Shown piece by piece: positions 57,421 to 64,000 of a DNA stretch of 64,000 nucleotides. The DNA is from Eledone cirrhosa. Its lineage: Eukaryota. Numbering within the stretch: position 1 is the first letter of the stretch; each line of letters starts with the position of its first letter. The stretch is taken from the NCBI GenBank assembly GCA_964016885.1, contig OZ024752.1, positions 45,446,001-45,510,000 of the forward strand, written 5' to 3'. The position numbers and the translations under genes were made by a program. The notes under the pieces were generated by a model. That model was not told the origin of the DNA and made no database searches. It was given only the letters and a program-made list of their open reading frames with translations.

Positions 57421-58134
57421 GTGACTTTATGACTCCTGGCCTTTGTGTCTCCTTTTACTACAACTTTATTTGATCTTTCGAGGCGACACTGAGGGCAAGA
57501 ATCATTGATGAGGTCACAGGGAGTGATAAAAGGACTTTCACAGGATTATTGACCTGATTAATAAAACAAAATTGAAAACTCAATCAGTGCATGTGTTTTA
57601 ATTGGCAGTATGACCCTCCCAAAGTAAAACAATGTGTGTTTGTTTAATTTATATATTTCTTTTTTAATTATGGCCAAATGACCGAGGAACCAAACAAGGA
57701 CTGATGCAGATTCGTGAGCTGTGGCATTGTATCTCATTGATTTTAGAAGGGATTGATTTCAGTTGCTGCTACAAACGTTAAAAAATGTTTTATTTTAATT
57801 AATGTAATAATCATTTGCGTTATGGCTCACAGCCATGTAGGTTTAGCATCCTACATGGCTGAATCTCATACAGGGGTGTGTGGATTTCATTGGTGTTTTT
57901 AATAATTGGGATGAAGACAGCTTAGTGGTTAGAATGTTTGGGCTCATTGATTGAACACCTGAAACACTTATCAGAACTAATTGAGGTCCAACACAACATA
58001 AAAATAAGGGGCTCCAGTTCTATCATGAAAAGCAATGTGAAATGAAGCATTTTGCTGCCCAGTCTTAGGATCAAACCCACAACCTTATGATCGCGAGTCC
58101 AACAACCTAACCACTTAGCTACACACCATCAACT

Positions 58135-58938
58135 TTATTCAGCTTTCTTTTTGGAATCTTTGTTATGTCTGAGAACAATATTTAAGATGAATAGGTTAAC
58201 ATAATGGATCTGAAGAATATCGCAGATCTTTGACAAGAAATGTCCAGAGAGGTAGCGGAAAGCTAGATGCAATTTTCCCAAATGAAGGTCAAATAATTTC
58301 AAAAAAATAAACCCTAAACAAGAAATGAATGCTTTTATGAAAAAATTCCTTGATTTTTCGTTTGGAAATTTATCATATAAAAGTCTTGCGACATGGAGAG
58401 CTGCTGCAATGTGTAATATAAGAGAGATTTCAAACCCTGGGATTGGCAGAAGAACTAAGAAGTAACTCGAAATGGAAAGCAAACAAAGACACAGAGCTGT
58501 TGAGGAATTCCAGCCATATAGAATAGTCATCCCTTCAACAACAACCCACATAAAAAATGGAAGAGTTACCCATTGGTCTAACACAGCAAATCCATGTGAC
58601 TGAGTAAGGATCCTTAGTAATTGTATTGGAGAATAAAACAGAGCCATCCAGTTGAAAACATAGAAGAGGAATGACTGCGTCTCGTTAAAGATGTTGGCAT
58701 CAATGTTGTTGGAAGTAATAGCCAGCCACATAGCACCAATAATGGCATAACCAATGTTGACTAATGTATTAAACGGCATTGTGATCCAGCTGGGGACAAA
58801 TATTAACATACTAGGGATCTCCGCATAATATTTATTTCCTAATTCCATCGGAACATTCTCAAAGACTCCGAAGTAGACAATGGCACAAAGCAACATCAAT
58901 GGAAGCAGAGTCAAGGAAAATGACTTGAACATTACCAT
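58135..58938 (-). CDS. TMEM187: Transmembrane protein 187 (multi-pass membrane protein, 267 aa)
   Basis: Motifs YAE..., MPFNTLVN.GY, YSPIQ.LR..TQ...FAVLDQW.TLP.F.W, GF..LKL.D..L and LSGHFLSKICDILQ.H match TMEM187. Start accATGg at 58938 follows an acceptor (ttcctcctttcag, AG at 58956-58955). The ORF-track extension to 58998 is mostly intron. Confidence 0.92.
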   Translation of the reverse strand: MVMFKSFSLTLLPLMLLCAIVYFGVFENVPMELGNKYYAEIPSMLIFVPSWITMPFNTLVNIGYAIIGAMWLAITSNNIDANIFNETQSFLFYVFNWMALFYSPIQLLRILTQSHGFAVLDQWVTLPFFMWVVVEGMTILYGWNSSTALCLCLLSISSYFLVLLPIPGFEISLILHIAAALHVARLLYDKFPNEKSRNFFIKAFISCLGFIFLKLFDLHLGKLHLAFRYLSGHFLSKICDILQIHYVNLFILNIVLRHNKDSKKKAE

Positions 58939-59348
58939 GGTGACCCAGACAAGTCTGAAAGGAGGAAAGAATGAGATAGGAAATAGTAAACAAAACAAAA
59001 AATGTCAAATCCATGAAATTCAATTATTTACTATTTACAAATATAGACACACACATATATATATACACACACACATATATATATATACACATATATATAT
59101 ATATACACATACACATACACACACATATATATATATATATAGACATATATATACATACAGACACACATATATATATATATATATATAGACACATATACAT
59201 ACAGACACACACATACACATATATATATATAGAGACACATATATACATACAGACATACACATATATACGTAGACACATATATATACACATATATATATAC
59301 ACATATATAGACATATATACATACAGACACACACATATATATATATAC

Positions 59349-59957
59349 ATGGTGGCTGCCAACTCGTTTTCGAGTACGGCCACTACTTTATATCCATGTA
59401 GGAGAACCCCTACCGATGCGCTGAACGAGTATGACTTTTTAGTCCAGCCAGCGACTTGAAAACTGTGGTACAAACACTACACTTGTGACAATTATTGACA
59501 CATAGTGCTGGGCCCATGGTACCATGTGACGACAAGTGCAGAGAGATCTCCAGATATAAAGCAATGCCTGTGCCGTGAAGCTTTTATAGTGAGCAAAGGC
59601 ACTGCACAAAGCCAGTCCCACTCTCTTAACCAAGATGATATTTACCAAAAAGAAGAACAAGTCAACATCATTGGATACCATCAGAGTTGCAGGTGTTATA
59701 TCAGAGTTTTCCTTCTCCTAGAATTCTGCCTTGACAAAGGCTAAGGGGTCATCTCTCCCGGTGTTTTTGGATGGCCATTGACTCTTAAGAGCTCCCTTGC
59801 CCTTTGACAGGTTTTGTTTTTAGTCCTGCAGGATGTCCAAAGTCACCCTCCTCACCAAGAAACCTTGGTGGGGTTGCCAGTTTAGTCGCCAACGACCCGA
59901 CCATGAGACAGGTTGTACTGGGATACATGTTACCAGTAGTACCAACTGGTGACCTGG
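59349..59957. mobile_element. Dispersed LINE-derived element bounded by microsatellite
   Basis: Terminus ATG(G/A)TGGCTGC next to (TA)n is shared with 24739 (+) and 4415 (-). Family not identified. Confidence 0.45.
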
Positions 59958-60196
59958 TGTGTCTGTATGTATATGTGCCTATATTTATATATATATGTGT
60001 CCGTATGTATATGTGTCTATATATATATATATGTGTGTGTGTATATATATATGTGCGTGTCTGTATGTATATATATACATAGACACATATATACATACAG
60101 ACACACACATATATATATACACACACACATATATATATATAGACACATATACATACGGACACATATATATATAAATATAGGCACATATACATACAG

Positions 60197-60243
<47 letters not shown>

Positions 60244-61042
60244 TACACATATATACATACACACACACACATATACACATATATAGACACATATATACAT
60301 ACAGACACACATATATATATACACATATATAGACACATATATATATATACATAGACACATATATATATACAAACATATATACACACAAATACAGACACAC
60401 ATATATATAGACACACATACATATATATAGACACACATACATATATATATATATATACAGAGACACAATTATACAGACAGACATTAATATATACACATAT
60501 ATACAGACACACATATAGACATATACATAGAGACGCACATATACAGACACACATATATATATATAGACACACACATATCATCATCATCATCATCATCACC
60601 GTTTTACGTCCGTTCTTCCACGCTAGCATGGGTTAGACGGGTTGTCCTGTTGTGGGCAGTGTCTGGTCGGCTGACCTTGTCTTGCTCATACAGGAACTGA
60701 TTTGGCTTGATTTCTACAGCTGGATGCCCTTCCTAACACCAACCTCATTTACAGTGTGGGCTGGGTGCTTTTTTGCCGTGGCACCTCCACGACTACCTTG
60801 CAGTGGGAGGGTGTGGGGGCATATTGTCTATATGCTTCAGCATGTACCCACGGGAGGTCGGGTACTCTGTATTACTGCGTGACACCAGAAGTCACGGTCG
60901 TGTGTCATTGTCTTTGAGAGGTGTAATTGGGTAAGGTCGGCTTTTATCACCTCATCCCATATATATATATACATATACATACATGTGCTCACACATACAC
61001 GCACACCCACACTGTGAAGTGGTCGTGTAGGAGTTGAACTTT

Positions 61043-61263
61043 ATGCATGCAAGATTTCACAGCCCTAGCATCACTCTTTCATAGTCAGTCTATGACCAAG
61101 ATACTCTCATGGAATGACCAAATGAAGTTTATTTTTCAACGTAGTCCCCATTAAGAAACAAGACAGTTATTAATAAGAGATGAAAATTAATGCATGCAAG
61201 ATTTCACAGCCCTAGCATCACTCCTTCATAGTCTCACTATGAACTTTTCAGCCGACCCTCATA
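61043..61263 (-). mobile_element. Tc1/mariner end fragment
   Basis: Minus strand TATGAGGGTCGGCTGAAAAGTTC resembles a mariner TIR. Internal ~50-bp duplication (61043/61190). Confidence 0.55.
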
Positions 61264-62409
61264 TTTTACGTCTGCTTTCTATATTGGTATGGGTTGGACG
61301 GGCAGATGGGAGTGACTAATCTTGCATATTACAATCCATATTTGGCATGGTTTCTAGTTTCCCTCTTCTTCTCTGTCTTGTTTTACTAATATTTACATTT
61401 GTTGTTGTTGTTGTTGAATACTGAGTCTCCCTGAGAACAACATTGACAGTGCATGTGTCTGTGGAAGGCTCGGATTATTTGTACATTAATCTCGCGAGTA
61501 TGTCCAGTTGTTGAGACAACTGTAACACTCATCTCCGTAACTGAAGGAAATGCCTCTTCTAATCAATTACCGTACATGTGTTTTGGGTGTATTTTTCAAG
61601 ATAGCAGCACTACCATTTTACAGAGAGGACTGGGTGCCTTTCATCGTGAGCGGCAGTATTAGAGGTTAATCTAGCCCGAGTGACTAAGAAATGCGTATGG
61701 CCTAATGATTAGGGTGACCATACGATCACGGATTCGATTCCTTGACAGGGTGGTGTGTTGTGTTCTTGAACAAAACCCTTCATTTCACGTTGTTTTTCGA
61801 GATAGGTCTACAAGGTACCTAATATCTTAAAGCACAACTATAAACGTTTATTAACCGATGTTTCGTATTAGGTAGACAGCTTTCCTACAGATACGTGTAA
61901 CTGATAAAGATTAAAACACTCGAAAAACCTCCTATGATATACAAACTCGCATGAGGTCATCGAAACCTGCATATGTGTGAGATATAACAACGTATATATA
62001 CGTAAGTACTCTAGGACAGGGACCTATATCGTCAAAATATCTGAGAAACCTTATATGAGATGCAACCTACATAAGGTGTGAGCTGAGAGTTTGATTCTTT
62101 TAATCAAGCCAAGGCGACCCAGTCTTGTCTACAGTTAGCACTTGTAGACAAGTGCTAACTGCCGCCCACTAACCATCTCTTAAAATCTAACAAAAAATAT
62201 ATGTAAATGTTAGAAAAAAAAAATACAGAGAAGAAGAAGAAGAAAAACAGCGAAAATTTATAAATAATTAAAATTTCTAAGATTTATGTATATAAATATT
62301 TTTAAATATAATTCAAAGTAAAAATGTAGTGTCAATAGATTTATATAGAAAACTCACCCTATTCGCATATAATACAGAGTCAGTTGTCTTCTTACTTTCG
62401 TATCACCTT

Positions 62410-62812
62410 CTCTCTCTATCTATCTCTTACTCTCTCTAGCACTTGCTCTTCTCTCTATCTCTCTCTTACTCTCTCTAGCACTTGCTCTTCTCTATGTCTC
62501 TGTCTTACTCTCTCTAGCACCTGCTCTTCTCTATGTCTCTGTCTAACTCTCTCTAGCACCTGCTCTTCTCTCTATCTCTCTCTTACTCTCTCTAGCACTT
62601 GCTCTTCTCTGTCTCTGTCTAACTCTCTCTAGCACTTGCTCTTCTCTATGTCTCTGTCTTACTCTCTCTAGCACTTGCTCTTCTCTATGTCTCTGTCTAA
62701 CTCTCTCTAGCACCTGCTCTTCTCTATGTCTCTGTCTTACTCTCTCTAGCACCTGCTCTTCTCTATGTCTCTGTCTAACTCTCTCTAGCACCTGCTCTTC
62801 TCTATGTCTCTT
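62410..62812. repeat. 39-bp CT-rich minisatellite, ~10 copies
   Basis: Unit CTCTCTCTAGCACYTGCTCTTCTCTATGTCTCTGTCTWA. Confidence 0.9.
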
Positions 62813-62932
62813 TATCTTTTACTCTATCTCTTACCCTCTCTGTCTCTCTCTCTCTGTTTTGTAGAGGGTAAAATGAAAATGATAAGGTTAAATTTAGAAA
62901 TACTTACGAAAAAGCTACACAATATAGTGTGA

Positions 62933-62964
<32 letters not shown>

Positions 62965-63649
62965 GTAAGTATGGGTTATATATATATGTAAGTATGGGTT
63001 ATATCGAATAATGTTTCTACTTTTGGCACAAGGCCAGCAATTACCCAGTGCTTTATCTTATAAAGGCAATAATAATACTAATATTCGAATCGTTTGCAAG
63101 CAAACGGCCTTACTAAACTATGCTGTGCCCTGATGGCTACCACCATTCGTTTGTTCAACAGTAGCACCGAGGAACAATCAACATGTTTCTGGGTCATTAC
63201 CCTTTATCAGTACTGTATATCTCTATGCTACATCTTATCTGGTGATCTTGCGAGTGTACAGGTGAAACTCCAGAGGAACAAGGCTACGGCTTACTACTTA
63301 GCCTTATTTTCAAACGCGGAACCCTTTTAGATTCAGAAACTTCTGGGGGGATCCCTAAACTCTAATACTGTTATAAGGTCATAATATAAATATACTCCTC
63401 TATCTTTTTTCCATGGAATCCTGGACACTTCTTTTCGGAACCCACTTTGGGAACTACTGCTCTAGAAGGTCCCTAATATCTTAAAGTACAACTATGAACC
63501 TTTATTAACCGATGTTTCGTATTAGGTAGACAGCTTTCCTACAGATACGAGTAAGAGATAAAATGAGGTCCTTTGCATGTTAGTTATTTTCTTTTCTTTT
63601 GCGAATAAGATCCATCAAGTACCGTTCATTTTATTAGGTAGCCTGGGTA

Positions 63650-63905
63650 AAGTGCCAGAGAATGTGTGCCGTAGTCTGGTGGACCGTGAGCGCACCACAG
63701 ATGACCTGGTAACCAGTTCCTTCCATCCCTCTCACCTCTCCACCTTCCTCATGGTAGCACCCAGCCTCATCCCTGTCCATTCCGGGATCTTGTCCTTCCA
63801 TCTCTTTCTCTGTCTGTCTCTCTTCTTCCCTCCTTGTACAGCAGGACAGTCTTGGCAAGCCCTGAAGATCTTGTCACGGGCCCGTACCATCTCAACTTGT
63901 GTTGC
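63650..63905 (-). pseudogene. RTE (BovB-like) LINE 3' fragment
   Basis: LRWYG.VTRS.GLAKTVL..VQGGKKR.RQRKRWKD.I.EWTG, frameshifted. Confidence 0.8.
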
Positions 63906-64000
63906 CCTAATCAAAGCAATACCAACATCCTAATATTTTGTATAATATAGTATGACATGTTCAACAACTGAAGTAAGATCCTCTTCTTAATCCGATCCAC

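Overview
AT-rich eukaryotic (animal) genomic DNA, heavily laden with (TA)n/(CA)n microsatellites. The SINE/RTE repertoire and microsatellite load resemble an octopus/coleoid cephalopod genome (inference). Two convergent protein-coding genes are supported: a 3-coding-exon RD3-family gene (+, 51499-54690, 210 aa) and TMEM187 (-, single coding exon, 58135-58938). The rest is a TE mosaic: RTE, CR1/L2, L1/Tx1 and RLE-type LINE fragments, tRNA-derived SINEs, TTAA-flanked piggyBac-like MITEs, a mariner end, and three satellites built from pieces of TEs. The most striking structure is a set of short elements sitting in (TA)n tracts. They are fold-back (inverted-repeat) inserts with a one-sided tail, several carry type I hammerhead ribozyme motifs, and six or more sequence-unrelated families share one covarying bulged hairpin placed just past the end of the short arm. 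I interpret them as non-autonomous Penelope-like (pLTR/retrozyme-type) retroelements. Almost all ORFs in the supplied track are microsatellite or satellite artefacts. All coordinates and alignments were read by eye.
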